Of a DNA stretch of 64,000 bases, positions 34,400-49,934 are shown one piece after another (the stretch's first letter is position 1; each line of letters opens with the position of its first letter). The DNA is from Amoebidium appalachense (Eukaryota > Protista > Ichthyosporea). The position numbers were made by a program, and so were the translations under genes. The DNA lies in the NCBI GenBank assembly GCA_963693365.1, contig CAVNZM010000003.1, forward strand, positions 5,514,472 through 5,578,471, written 5' to 3'. A model generated the notes under the pieces. The model saw nothing but the letters and a program-made list of their open reading frames with translations. It was not told where the DNA came from and did no database searches.

Positions 34400-34595
34400 A
34401 CCAAGCGCACCACACCAGTTCGTGTTACTTTCGCCCGGCGCTGCTGTTGTACATGTTTCAAACATAACCAAGCGCGCCACACCAATTCGTGTCACTTTCG
34501 CCCAGCGCTGCTGTTGTGCATGTTTCAAACGTAATCAGGCGCACCACATCAGTTCGTGTCACTTTCGCCCAGCGCTGCTGTTGTACATGTTTCCA
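34400..34595. repeat. Tandem repeat, about 64 bp x3, upstream of the JmjC gene
   Basis: TTCGTGT(T/C)ACTTTCGCCC(A/G)GCGCTGCTGTTGT(A/G)CATGTTTC three times. Confidence 0.85.
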
Positions 34596-34888
34596 TTGTA
34601 ATTACAAATAGGCTAGACGAAAACAACAAAGAAACTTGTTATAATAACCTGTGCACACCGCGCTATCAGTTGTCCCCTTTTTTAGCCAATACAGATACAT
34701 AGAATGTCCTTCATGTTTCCCTGTGCGAGGCACATTTTAGGCTTATGCACACAATCGTAGATTGTTTGGGATACGAAAACAGAGCACACACACAAACGAG
34801 TTCTGCTAAACACAAACATTGTTAGACTGGACACAAAAAACATAGCGCGCGCATGCACGAGCTTTCCTAGGAACGATTGACACACACA

Positions 34889-35052
<164 letters not shown>

Positions 35053-35167
35053 AAGCACGAGCGCTACAACACGGTGGCACAAGCACACAGACAGAGCGCT
35101 CTCACAGACAGTCTTACAGGCAGAGGGTGCTCACAATTACACACATCACAAAAACACACACAGCAAC

Positions 35168-40353
<5,186 letters not shown>

Positions 40354-40355
<2 letters not shown>

Positions 40356-40745
40356 GGTTTGTGGTGGGTGCGGTGGGGGAAACGTAGTTGTAGTGGTGGC
40401 GGCGGGTAGGCCCCACATTCACATCTTACTTAGGGTTTGTGGTGGGTGCGGTGGGGGGAAACGTAGTTGTAGTGGTGGCGGCGGGTAGGCCCCACATTCA
40501 CATCTTATTTAGGGTTTGTGGTGGGTGCGGTGGGGGAAACGTAGTTGTAGTGGTGGCGGCGGGTAGGCCCCACATTCACATCTTACTTAGGGTTTGTGGT
40601 GGGTGCGGTGGGGGAAACGTAGTTGTAGTGGTGGCGGCGGGTAGGCCCCACATTCACATCTTACTTAGGGTTTGTGGTGGGTGCGGTGGGGGAAACGTAT
40701 TTGTGGTGGTGTGGGCAGTAGGCACACATCCACATCTATAGGGGT
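40354..40745. repeat. 78-bp tandem repeat, about 5 copies, starting at the JmjC stop codon
   Basis: AGGGTTTGTGGTGGGTGCGGTGGGGGAAACGTAGTTG..CATCTTACTT repeated. Confidence 0.9.
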
Positions 40746-40994
40746 TTGTGATGGGTGTGGTGGAGGAAAGACGTGGTACAAAGTTTTCATACCAAGTTTT
40801 CTGTAATGTTTATTCGAATGTGATCTGCTTCAATCTTATCCAAATTTTCATGTATATTGTATTTGCCCGGTAACAGTACCAAGTTTCCGTAATGATTATT
40901 GAATGTATTTGCCCGTGGTAGCGGGAGAGACTCCATTTAATATACCCCAAGTCTCCTTTTCAATCTGTGTACAAGCACACTGGCACGTACATTG

Positions 40995-41289
<295 letters not shown>

Positions 41290-41480
41290 GATACACATGC
41301 TACCAAGTTTTCATTGAACGGTGAAGGGGAGGGGGGGGGAGATAGACTCCAGCTCATCAAAATTAAACATCCCAACAGATTCTCTCGTCATTTACATTTT
41401 CCATGTTTGTGGAGATTCTCTCGTCATTTACATTTTCCATGTTTGTGGTGTAAGTCCATTCATCCTTTGTGTGTAGGTCT

Positions 41481-41741
41481 CTATGCATCCTCAGGCTCCA
41501 TCATCTTCTGCAGTACAATTGCTGTCTGTCGTTGATTCTTCGGCACCCACTTCTTGAATCCACACTTCTCCGCCAACTCATCGGGCAGATCTATATAGCC
41601 CTTTTCCGCAAGCTCTTGTGCGTATGCTCGTTGCTCCATCTGCGTCCGCCGGGTGGTGGCCTCGGTCGGCACAATAGTTGCCTGCACCACGGGTGCCTTG
41701 CCGGGCTCCTCCTTCAGCTTGTACTCCCATTGGTACGCCAT
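41481..41741 (-). CDS. Hypothetical protein (86 aa)
   Basis: ATG-initiated, protein-like composition, tightly packed behind 41778-42170. Confidence 0.6.
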   Translation of the reverse strand: MAYQWEYKLKEEPGKAPVVQATIVPTEATTRRTQMEQRAYAQELAEKGYIDLPDELAEKCGFKKWVPKNQRQTAIVLQKMMEPEDA

Positions 41742-41777
41742 ACTCTATGCCACAAAAATCTCTGCTCACCCAACCCT

Positions 41778-42170
41778 TCAAGTGCGCTCCTTGATCACCA
41801 CCGCAGGCGCATGCGCACACGTGGGGCACGCCGGGCACTTCTGCTCGGGCGGGCAGCGCGTGCATGCGGGGCACTGTGCGCACCGAGTGGGGCTGGCACC
41901 GCACACGTGGCAGCGGGGGCAGTGCGCACACTTGCGGCGGGGAACGCAGCTGCCGCAGCTGGCACACATTGGGCACGCACGCTGGCACTTGAGCACTGCC
42001 AGGCGCCGCCGCACACGTGGGCTGAACGTGTCCCAGAGCACGTAGAGGATCAGGCCGGCCAGGATGGCCAGTAGGATGGGGGAGGGCCCGGGGGTGCTGC
42101 GCGGGCTTGTGCGGATCGGGGGAGGGGGTGCGAATGGGCTGGGTGGGGGAAGGGGTGCGCCAGCGTCCAT
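41778..42170 (-). CDS. Membrane-anchored Cys-rich (CPxC repeat) protein
   Basis: TM ILLAILAGLILYVLW followed by CPMCASC..CPRC..CPAC..CPACPTC. Confidence 0.7.
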   Translation of the reverse strand: MDAGAPLPPPSPFAPPPPIRTSPRSTPGPSPILLAILAGLILYVLWDTFSPRVRRRLAVLKCQRACPMCASCGSCVPRRKCAHCPRCHVCGASPTRCAQCPACTRCPPEQKCPACPTCAHAPAVVIKERT

Positions 42171-42273
42171 GTTACCCGGTGCACGATATAATGTGGGGTT
42201 GGGGTTGTGCGGGCAGATGGGAGGAGGGTTTGGGGGGGGGGGAGGGGGGGGGGGCGCTCATGAGCAAGGGTAT

Positions 42274-42624
42274 GGTGATAGCGATCATGACCCTACTCTC
42301 AAGCAACACAGGTGCAAGCGCACGGTGATAGCGCTCATGACCCTACTCTCAAGCAACACAGGTGCAAGCGCACGGTGATAGCGCTCATGACCCTACTCTC
42401 AAGCAACACAGGTGCAAGCGCACGGTGATAGCGCTCATGACCCTACTCTCAAGCAACACAGGTGCAAGCGCACGGTGATAGCGCTCATGACCCTACTCTC
42501 AAGCAACACAGGTGCAAGCGCACGGTGATAGCGCTCATGACCCTACTCTCAAGCAACACAGGTGCAAGCGCACGGTGATAGCGCTCATGACCCTACTCTC
42601 AAGCAACACAGGTGCAAGCGCACG
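42274..42624 (+). repeat. 50-bp tandem array x7
   Basis: GGTGATAGCGCTCATGACCCTACTCTCAAGCAACACAGGTGCAAGCGCAC; copies identical except one substitution in the first. Confidence 0.97.
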
Positions 42625-42978
42625 GGCAGGCCCGACCATAACCCCGTTTTTACGGTAAAAAATACCCTAAACGTTTCAAAAATACCATCATATTTTCAGT
42701 TTATGGTAAACCCCTGCAAATTTCGTGGTAAGCTAAAATAGGAACCCCCTTTCACCCCCTTTAACTGGGGATGAAAATATACCATACACCCCAGGCAAAA
42801 ATATTCCGGACTTCAAAAAATACCAAGAAACAAATCCGAATTTTCGGGCTTGCGCACGGGTTATGCCGAAGCAACACCAATTGGATTTGGCCAATCAGCG
42901 CGGCTAGCCGATGGTAACTAGATTTATCCAACCAATCATCCGAAAAGATGTGTCATCCGCGTTTAGCCAATCAGCGCG

Positions 42979-44859
42979 ATGACTGATGTTATTATATCCA
43001 AATCGTTTCAAATACACCGACCTCAGCTGCACGAAAACACAACAGGATTTGGCATGCAGGGTATAGGCAGAATTATTATTTCGCTGTCAGCAATGGGACT
43101 TGCACCCTCAATGCCAGTGCGTGTTCGGATCGTTCCATCGAAGACACCGCTGTTGTTAGGCCCTGTAGGGGAAGATGTTGTAGTGTTTTCTCTTGCAAAC
43201 ACCAACGGCCTTGCCACGGTTTCAACCCCCGAAGATGTCACTCTAGTGGAAACGTTGCACCCTTTTGTTGTGTTTGAGGTAGACACCTCGTTGAGTCTAT
43301 TGCAACTGCAGGAAGAGTTGAAAGCAGGTTTCCGTGCATGCACAGCGGTGTACCTCCGAAGCTATGACAAGCTGGCCGTGTACAACCCTGAAGGGCGCTG
43401 TTGCCTTGCAACTAGGACGGTGATGCAGGCCACAGCAGCAGAGATTGCGGCAAAAATGTCCGAACTGGACCAAAAAACGAGCGAGAGCTTTGCCGATATG
43501 TTTTTTGCAACCTCCACTTTGGCGGATGTCCAATACGCCATAGAGAATAACAGTGATTTTCAGGATAGTAGGTTCTGGAACTGGTGGGGTTTACTTCCTG
43601 AGGATGCTATTAGAAGGATCGTAGAGACACACCCCAGTGAGGGGTACACGGGGGACGGCAAACTGCGGCATTACCCGCCGTGCACTGCGTGGTTGCGAGG
43701 GTCTGCAGGAGTTGTCAAGTTAGACAGCTCTGCGTATACGTTAGAGTCGTTTAACACGTGTTTGCTGCTGCGATTGATGGACCATTATGCCCACCGGAGG
43801 GACCACGACAACGACGGCTACGACGATGTCCATGCGAATATAATACTAGATATGGCCACCCAAAAGGCCAATATTTTGGCACAAGCTGCCTCAAACCCGC
43901 CAGTTACAACTGCACCCCGTACCCAAGCCCACCTGTACGACTACGCAAACATCATTAGACACAAGCTGGAATGGGACAAAAAGCTTTCGAATTTAGTTAG
44001 CAGGGTCCAGGCGGATTACAGCGAGGGTGGGCCTGCCGAGCGCAAAAACATATTCGGGCGGTGCACGGGGTGGTTTGCTTACGAGATTCAGGAAGGGCAG
44101 GAAGAAGGCGAGTTTGTTCCCCTGGGCCAGATCGATACCGACATCGAAACCGTCGAAATTTCCACATACATGCGGCGTCTGCAAGTGGGCGTGTCGTGGC
44201 AGATGCTTGTGGACGTCATGAACAAACGACACGTCATTGTGCTTCCCTTCGATTGGGGAGACTTAATTGACACAATCAGGAAAGATGTTGAGCGCGAAGA
44301 GTTCCAAAAAGCCCAAAAGGAGGGGCAAGGTAGAGATTTGCCATTCGTTGTTGACGGGTTGTATGCTTACGACACCGAAACCCGGCAAGCGGCCGTCATC
44401 TACCCCCCGAGTGGATATGACCAAATCATGCTCAACGATGCCGACGGCGTCTGCCCGTGGCAGGCAGAAATCGAGAATTATTGGGTAGAAACCCCCTCCG
44501 ACCATTTGGAACAACAGCGCAGCAGCTATATCGGTATTAACAAGACCACGGGCCAGCCTGACACGTCTCCCAGCGCGGATGCCCTGTGGAGTGCTGTTCC
44601 TATCGCCGAGGTTTTGGATGGTGCGGATTGGTACCCGCAACTGCCGTGTCAGACAGCCCTCGAGGATGCCATCAGGAATCACCATGTGCAAGTAGTTGGT
44701 GAACCATACGACCACTGGTTGTATTATGAAGCAGCAACCAACACATGGGATGAACTTTGGCCTGACTGTGATCGGTATCACCATATTACCAGCAGGCCAG
44801 GCGACTTCGTGCCTTTTTACGATCAATGGCCTGACGGATCGGTATCACCATATTACTAG
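42979..44859 (+). CDS. Hypothetical protein, up to 626 aa (true start may be a downstream Met)
   Basis: Long uninterrupted complex ORF; CCAAT boxes at about 42890-42975; AATAAA at 44892; no recognisable motif. Confidence 0.8.
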   Translation: MTDVIISKSFQIHRPQLHENTTGFGMQGIGRIIISLSAMGLAPSMPVRVRIVPSKTPLLLGPVGEDVVVFSLANTNGLATVSTPEDVTLVETLHPFVVFEVDTSLSLLQLQEELKAGFRACTAVYLRSYDKLAVYNPEGRCCLATRTVMQATAAEIAAKMSELDQKTSESFADMFFATSTLADVQYAIENNSDFQDSRFWNWWGLLPEDAIRRIVETHPSEGYTGDGKLRHYPPCTAWLRGSAGVVKLDSSAYTLESFNTCLLLRLMDHYAHRRDHDNDGYDDVHANIILDMATQKANILAQAASNPPVTTAPRTQAHLYDYANIIRHKLEWDKKLSNLVSRVQADYSEGGPAERKNIFGRCTGWFAYEIQEGQEEGEFVPLGQIDTDIETVEISTYMRRLQVGVSWQMLVDVMNKRHVIVLPFDWGDLIDTIRKDVEREEFQKAQKEGQGRDLPFVVDGLYAYDTETRQAAVIYPPSGYDQIMLNDADGVCPWQAEIENYWVETPSDHLEQQRSSYIGINKTTGQPDTSPSADALWSAVPIAEVLDGADWYPQLPCQTALEDAIRNHHVQVVGEPYDHWLYYEAATNTWDELWPDCDRYHHITSRPGDFVPFYDQWPDGSVSPYY

Positions 44860-44946
44860 CAGGGTAGGCGACTTCGTGCTTTTTTACGATCAATAAAATT
44901 CAACTTATTATAAATATGTGACACTCAGTGCATTCTCACGAAGGGG

Positions 44947-45224
44947 GTGGGGGAGGGGGATGCAAAGTGTGCATGTGTGTACCCGAATGCCTTTGTATGT
45001 GTGTGGGGGAGGGGGATGCAAAGTGTGCATGTGTGTACCCGAATGCCTTTGTATGTGTGTGGGGGAGGGGGATGCAAAGTGTGCATGTGTGTACCCGAAT
45101 GCCTTTGTATGTGTGTGGGGGAGGGGGATGCAAAGTGTGCATGTGTGTACCCGAATGCCTTTGTGTGGGGGGGGGGGAGGGGGATGCAAAGTGTGCATGT
45201 GTGTACCCGAATGCCGTTGTATGT

Positions 45225-45240
<16 letters not shown>
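44947..45240. repeat. 56-bp tandem repeat x5
   Basis: GGGGGAGGGGGATGCAAAGTGTGCATGTGTGTACCCGAATGCC repeated. Confidence 0.9.
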
Positions 45241-45255
<15 letters not shown>

Positions 45256-45276
45256 GGGGGGGGGGGCGGGGGATGC

Positions 45277-45393
45277 ATGCGCTTGCACCTGTGTTGTTTG
45301 GGAGTAGGGTCATGAGCGCTATCACCGGGCGCTTCCACATGTGTTGTTTGAGAGATGAGGCATGAGCGCTATCACCGGGCGCTTTGTGTATGT

Positions 45394-45458
<65 letters not shown>

Positions 45459-45732
45459 TGCGTGCGCTTGCACCTGTGTTGTTTGGGAGTAGGGTCATGA
45501 GCGCTATCACCGGGCGCTTCCACATGTGTTGTTGGAGAGATGAGGCATGAGCGCTATCACCGGGCGCTTTGTGTATGTGGGGGGGGGGGGGGGGGGGGGG
45601 GGGGGGGTGGGGTGGGGGGGGGGGGTGGGGGGGATGCGTGCGCTTGCACCTGTGTTGTTTGGGAGTAGGGTCATGAGCGCTATCACCGGGCGCTTTCACA
45701 TGTGTTGTTTGAGAGATGAGGCATGAGCGCCC
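45277..45732 (-). repeat. Inverted array of the 50-bp unit (6 copies as 3 A/B dimers separated by poly-G)
   Basis: GCGCTTGCACCTGTGTTGTTTGGGAGTAGGGTCATGAGCGCTATCACC is the reverse complement of the 42274 unit with about 3 differences. Confidence 0.93.
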
Positions 45733-45931
45733 GTGTCTGTGAGCAGGTCGATGCGGCCCGCGGGGGTCACCACTTCGCGTTTCCCACCTTCAATCCGTGC
45801 CAATTTGTCGCTGACAAACGCCTCGTTGTAGGTGGCCATCACTGTAGGTCACAAAAAAATCAGTGGCCGACGAAGAAGACCAGGGGTTATATAAAGCGTT
45901 ATCATGTTTCTTTTCTTGCCACTTAGCAGTA

Positions 45932-46387
45932 ATGGACCTCCAATACACGCCAACCGTAGAGACACCCCCTAACCCGAAGCGCCACGCTTGCACACTGTGT
46001 TCAGCAATGTTCACATTCAAGGCAAATCTAAAAAGACACGAAAATACCCACAAGAATAATAGCACCGGCGCATATGCCTGTCCACAACCCGGCTGCTTTG
46101 CAAGCTTTGCCCGCAGCGACCACATGAAACTGCACCAGCGCACACACTCTGGCAGCCGACCCTATCAATGCCCAGACTGTCCAGCCACTTACGTCTATCC
46201 TGCGGGTTTGTGGGTTCACCGACGAACAGCTCATGAAGGGTGTCAGCTGCCGAGACGGCCCCGGCGCGCAAGCGGGCGTTTTACATGCCCCTTCGACCAG
46301 TGCCAGGCTGCATTTGCCTGGTCTACAACCCTGAACAGGCACGTCGAGACTGAACACCCCAGTCTTGTGCCCAGCCCGAAGGTATAA
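45932..46387 (+). CDS. C2H2 zinc-finger protein (4 fingers)
   Basis: CTLC..HENTH, CPQPGC..HQRTH, SGSRPYQCPDC..HRRTAH, CPFDQC..HVETEH; TATA-like TTATATAAAG at 45887. Confidence 0.9.
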   Translation: MDLQYTPTVETPPNPKRHACTLCSAMFTFKANLKRHENTHKNNSTGAYACPQPGCFASFARSDHMKLHQRTHSGSRPYQCPDCPATYVYPAGLWVHRRTAHEGCQLPRRPRRASGRFTCPFDQCQAAFAWSTTLNRHVETEHPSLVPSPKV

Positions 46388-46442
46388 AAGCGCTTGCCAG
46401 ACCTCAGACCGTCAAATATTATCTATCCCCTTCACTACCACA

Positions 46443-48500
46443 ATGGATGTCATTCGCTCAAACATGAACACTGCCCGGTGCGACGGCAAGGATACGGAGA
46501 AGACCGAATACGAGGTTTGCTGCGAGGGTGCAGATCAACCCAAGCAGGCAAACCAAGGGCTCTCGCGCCGCAGTGCCTGTCCTGACTGGTACCTCGCAGT
46601 CTTTGCACCACAGGGGTCCCGGGAAGTTACGGTGGACAATGAGCCCTTCGATCACAACGACCTCCACAATTCCCTCAAGCGACAGTTTGGACTGGTTTAT
46701 GCCGAAATAACCACCCGTCAGTCCAAGCGCCACAAGACCGCACACTACGAGTGCAACACCCGCCACCCAGCTCCCGGGCCTAACAGAGCTGCGCTCAAGT
46801 CATGGGCCAAGGAGAAATTTCCTTTGGCCAACAGGGTAGTAATGAACCCGATTCTCGACTGGACGACCGCGACGCGTTGGACCCAGGGGCCCCATACGAC
46901 CACATTCGGCGAAGCACCTTGTACGGCAGCTGTCCCCGCTGTGGTTGCGAAAAAGGACAGCAAGCGGCTGGCTCATATTGAGGAGGTGTTTCGTGTTCTG
47001 GAGCAGGAGTCGACCGACCCTCCGGGTGGATACGAGTTCATGCCGGACCTGCTACCAACCACCTGGAAGGAAACTGAGCTCGTCGAGTACCTGCAGAAGT
47101 GGGTGGGAAAAATCAGCGGAACCTCCCTCTACCTCTTGAAGGTGTGGTGCCATGACAAGGGCGTGTACACACTCAAGACGTTGACCGAAAAAGACATGAA
47201 ATGCACCATGCAGGGTTTTGTGGTCGAGTGGATGGAGGGCGAGGGTTGTGAAATCAAGCGGACATACACCGGCATTGACTTCCTTATGGGACGCCGCATT
47301 CCTCGTTATGGACTAGCAGTCTTTGACCCCGCGTCGCCCAATCCCAAGACAGGAGAGACAAACCCAAAGTACCGCCAAGGAGCCTTGTTCACATATAACT
47401 TCTTTCGCGGCTTCCCCATCAAGTACACCGAGGGCTTCCGTTTCATGGGTCCAGAATGCCCCGTGATCCCCTACCATCCTGGCCAGCAGGTTGTGGTCAT
47501 GCCGGATCAGCTCCTCGACAAGTACCGTGTACGTGAATACGGGGGCATTGAGATGTTCATACGCCACGCATTCGAGGTGCTTGCCGATGGAAACGCCGAG
47601 GCATTCGAATACCTTCTTAAGTGGGTGGCCCAGATCTTCCAGTATCCGGACACTAAGTCTGGAGCGGCGGTTCTCGTCAAGTCAGTCCAGGGCACCGGAA
47701 AAAACGTGTTCTTCGACGTACTCAAGGCGCTCGTTGGCTCGGAATACTATGCCTACGTGAAGAACAAGGAACACATATCCAGCAAGTTCAACTCCCACCT
47801 CAACCACAAACTACTAGCTGTTATCGACGAGTGTGTCTTTGGTGGGAGCCACGAGGCCAACAACCTTATCAAAAGTCTGATCACACAAGAAGACAGCCTT
47901 TTGGAGAAAAAGGGGGTGGATGGCATCTACACCAAAAACTTCGAGCGCTACGTGTTTCTGTCAAACGAAGACTGGCCCGTTCGTGTGGAGCTATCCGATC
48001 GGAGATTCATATGTCTCGAGGCAAACAGCAGCCGGGTGGGCCAGCTTCGATACTTCGACGAGTTCGTCAGATATCACAGGCAACCCGAAGTGCTGGAGGC
48101 TCTGTTTCACTTCTTCTTGGACCTTCCTGGTGTCCCTAAAACAATGCCGCCGCCGCCACAAACAAATCTCAAACAGAAGCTCATGGAGAAGAGTCTGCCC
48201 ATCGAGATACAATTTCTGAGGGATGTCGCAACTGGCGCAGAGGGAACAGATGTTTTTGGTCTCGAGGATGGCACCTGGGCCACAACGGGTGGCTTGGTGG
48301 AGTGCATGAAAGAGTGGGCCGATGCAAACATGATGGATAGCCGAAAGGTTGTCGGGGTCAAGAGGCTCGGCACGGTACTGACGCAGGTGTTTGGAGGTTC
48401 GGCCTTCGTGCCTGCAGGTGGAAGAGTTTCAAGAGGGGCGCCTGGAAGACACACACGTGCTCATTTGCTCGATTTTGCAAAAATCATGAGTTTCCAGTGA
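46443..48500 (+). CDS. SF3 helicase (DUF5906 / D5-like C-terminal domain) replication protein
   Basis: YLLKWVAQIFQYP..K; Walker A QGTGKN; FNSHL; Walker B AVIDE; KSLIT..EKKGVD; motif C FLSN; arginine finger SDRRF; GGTATAAAAG at 46381. Confidence 0.93.
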   Translation: MDVIRSNMNTARCDGKDTEKTEYEVCCEGADQPKQANQGLSRRSACPDWYLAVFAPQGSREVTVDNEPFDHNDLHNSLKRQFGLVYAEITTRQSKRHKTAHYECNTRHPAPGPNRAALKSWAKEKFPLANRVVMNPILDWTTATRWTQGPHTTTFGEAPCTAAVPAVVAKKDSKRLAHIEEVFRVLEQESTDPPGGYEFMPDLLPTTWKETELVEYLQKWVGKISGTSLYLLKVWCHDKGVYTLKTLTEKDMKCTMQGFVVEWMEGEGCEIKRTYTGIDFLMGRRIPRYGLAVFDPASPNPKTGETNPKYRQGALFTYNFFRGFPIKYTEGFRFMGPECPVIPYHPGQQVVVMPDQLLDKYRVREYGGIEMFIRHAFEVLADGNAEAFEYLLKWVAQIFQYPDTKSGAAVLVKSVQGTGKNVFFDVLKALVGSEYYAYVKNKEHISSKFNSHLNHKLLAVIDECVFGGSHEANNLIKSLITQEDSLLEKKGVDGIYTKNFERYVFLSNEDWPVRVELSDRRFICLEANSSRVGQLRYFDEFVRYHRQPEVLEALFHFFLDLPGVPKTMPPPPQTNLKQKLMEKSLPIEIQFLRDVATGAEGTDVFGLEDGTWATTGGLVECMKEWADANMMDSRKVVGVKRLGTVLTQVFGGSAFVPAGGRVSRGAPGRHTRAHLLDFAKIMSFQ

Positions 48501-48621
48501 CCATACCAAAAACACTCTATTTAGCTTTGATAGTTTCGTTGTGTAGCTTCGTCGACACCCAGATCGGGCGATTTCATTGGCTGAAATGTTTTTTTCGTGA
48601 TTGTGATTGGCTGAATATCAC

Positions 48622-48757
48622 AGTTAGCTACTTTAGCAGGATAGCTGGATGTTTTTTGGGGTCCCTGCACAAACACACACACACACAGCTCTGTACTTAT
48701 TTTTTGCCATGAATTGACTTCATTTTTATCCAGCTAACATAGCTAAAGAAGCTAAAT
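48622..48757. promoter_or_regulatory. Imperfect 29-bp inverted repeat in an AGCTAA/TTAGCT motif cluster (origin-like)
   Basis: AGTTAGCTACTTTAGCAGGATAGCTGGAT versus ATCCAGCTAACATAGCTAAAGAAGCTAAAT. Confidence 0.5.
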
Positions 48758-49100
48758 CGTATTAAAATATAGCTAAAAAGCTAATTTCTATTAGTGAAAC
48801 TTGGTTTGGGTTTAGCTTCGTGTGTGGCGACTTTAGCTTCGTTGCAACAGTGAGTGACCGTGTATCTGTATTTGGTCTCTGTGTAACTGCTCTGTAGAGG
48901 GGTAACGTTACTCAGCACGCGAGGCACGCGAGGCACGCGAGGCACCCGCGCCCCCAGCCCCCCCAGCCCCGCCCAGCCACCCCCGCCCCCCACGCGCCGC
49001 AACATTGTCGGGCGCCCACACAAGGTCGAAAGTGCGATGTGTGATTGTCAATGGGTAACCCGGTTGGGGCGGCACGCGAATTTTATGTGTGCGGTATGTG

Positions 49101-49514
49101 ATGACGGACACCGAGCTTGAGTTCGCACGGAACATGGTCGTATACGAGCTGGCCGACCGGCTGGAAGGCATCGAGGACACGCTCACCAAGGTCGGGCGCA
49201 TCGACGTGCTGACGGACCACCAGATCGTCCAGGTCGAGCAGCTGGCCGACTGGAAGACCGCCATGGCGAACGTGCTGGCGAACCACCACTTCCACCCCGA
49301 CAAGGAGATGCGCGTGCACCTGTTCAACCACGGCCCGCCCGTGCCCGCCGAAACCATCGCGCACGCCATGAGGATCATGGACAAGCACGAGATCATGGTG
49401 ACGTGCGAGGAGGACATCCTGTACGGGCTGTTTCCGGTTGGGCCCCACAGTGCCCCCCCACCCGTGCACACGGCACCCGCCGCTGCGCCAGAGGCTCGGA
49501 AGTCCGGGCGTTGA
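49101..49514 (+). CDS. Hypothetical protein
   Basis: Strong GC3 codon bias; AATAAA at about 49587. Confidence 0.7.
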   Translation: MTDTELEFARNMVVYELADRLEGIEDTLTKVGRIDVLTDHQIVQVEQLADWKTAMANVLANHHFHPDKEMRVHLFNHGPPVPAETIAHAMRIMDKHEIMVTCEEDILYGLFPVGPHSAPPPVHTAPAAAPEARKSGR

Positions 49515-49934
49515 TGGCGTGACACCTCCCCGGGGCGCGGGTGGCTGGGGGTGGCTGTGGGGGGCTGGGGGTGGCCGACGGGGAACAATAAAGGAAGCAC
49601 GAACACACCCGGCGCGAGGCAGGCGAGGCACGCGAGGCACCCCCAGCCCCCCCCAGCCCCCCCAGCCCCGTGTGTGAAGGAGTAGAATATGCCAGTCTTA
49701 TTGATTATACGATGTTGGTGCGTGATCTGGATAGACATGCGGCGAGTGATTACGTGAGACGTAACTTTGATGACGAAGTAGAAACCAAAAGCCTGAACAT
49801 GAGGCTTTTGAGATTTGGCGATTCCCCAAGACATTTCAATGGATAAGCACCAACCTGCCCTCAGCACGACTGAGGGCGCCACGCGCAGGTATAAAAGGAG
49901 CACACACGGCCACCTGGGGTCAGTCTGACACAGC

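Noticed and set aside
42274-42624. CRISPR-like appearance of regular repeats (also 37585-38910 and 40354-40745)
   Set aside because: Units are head-to-tail with no unique spacers, there are no cas genes, and the context is eukaryotic.
42240-45745. Classical DDE DNA transposon call for the array-bounded cassette
   Set aside because: No TSD is discernible (the left flank is poly-G) and the ORF shows no transposase motif; kept only as a hypothesis.
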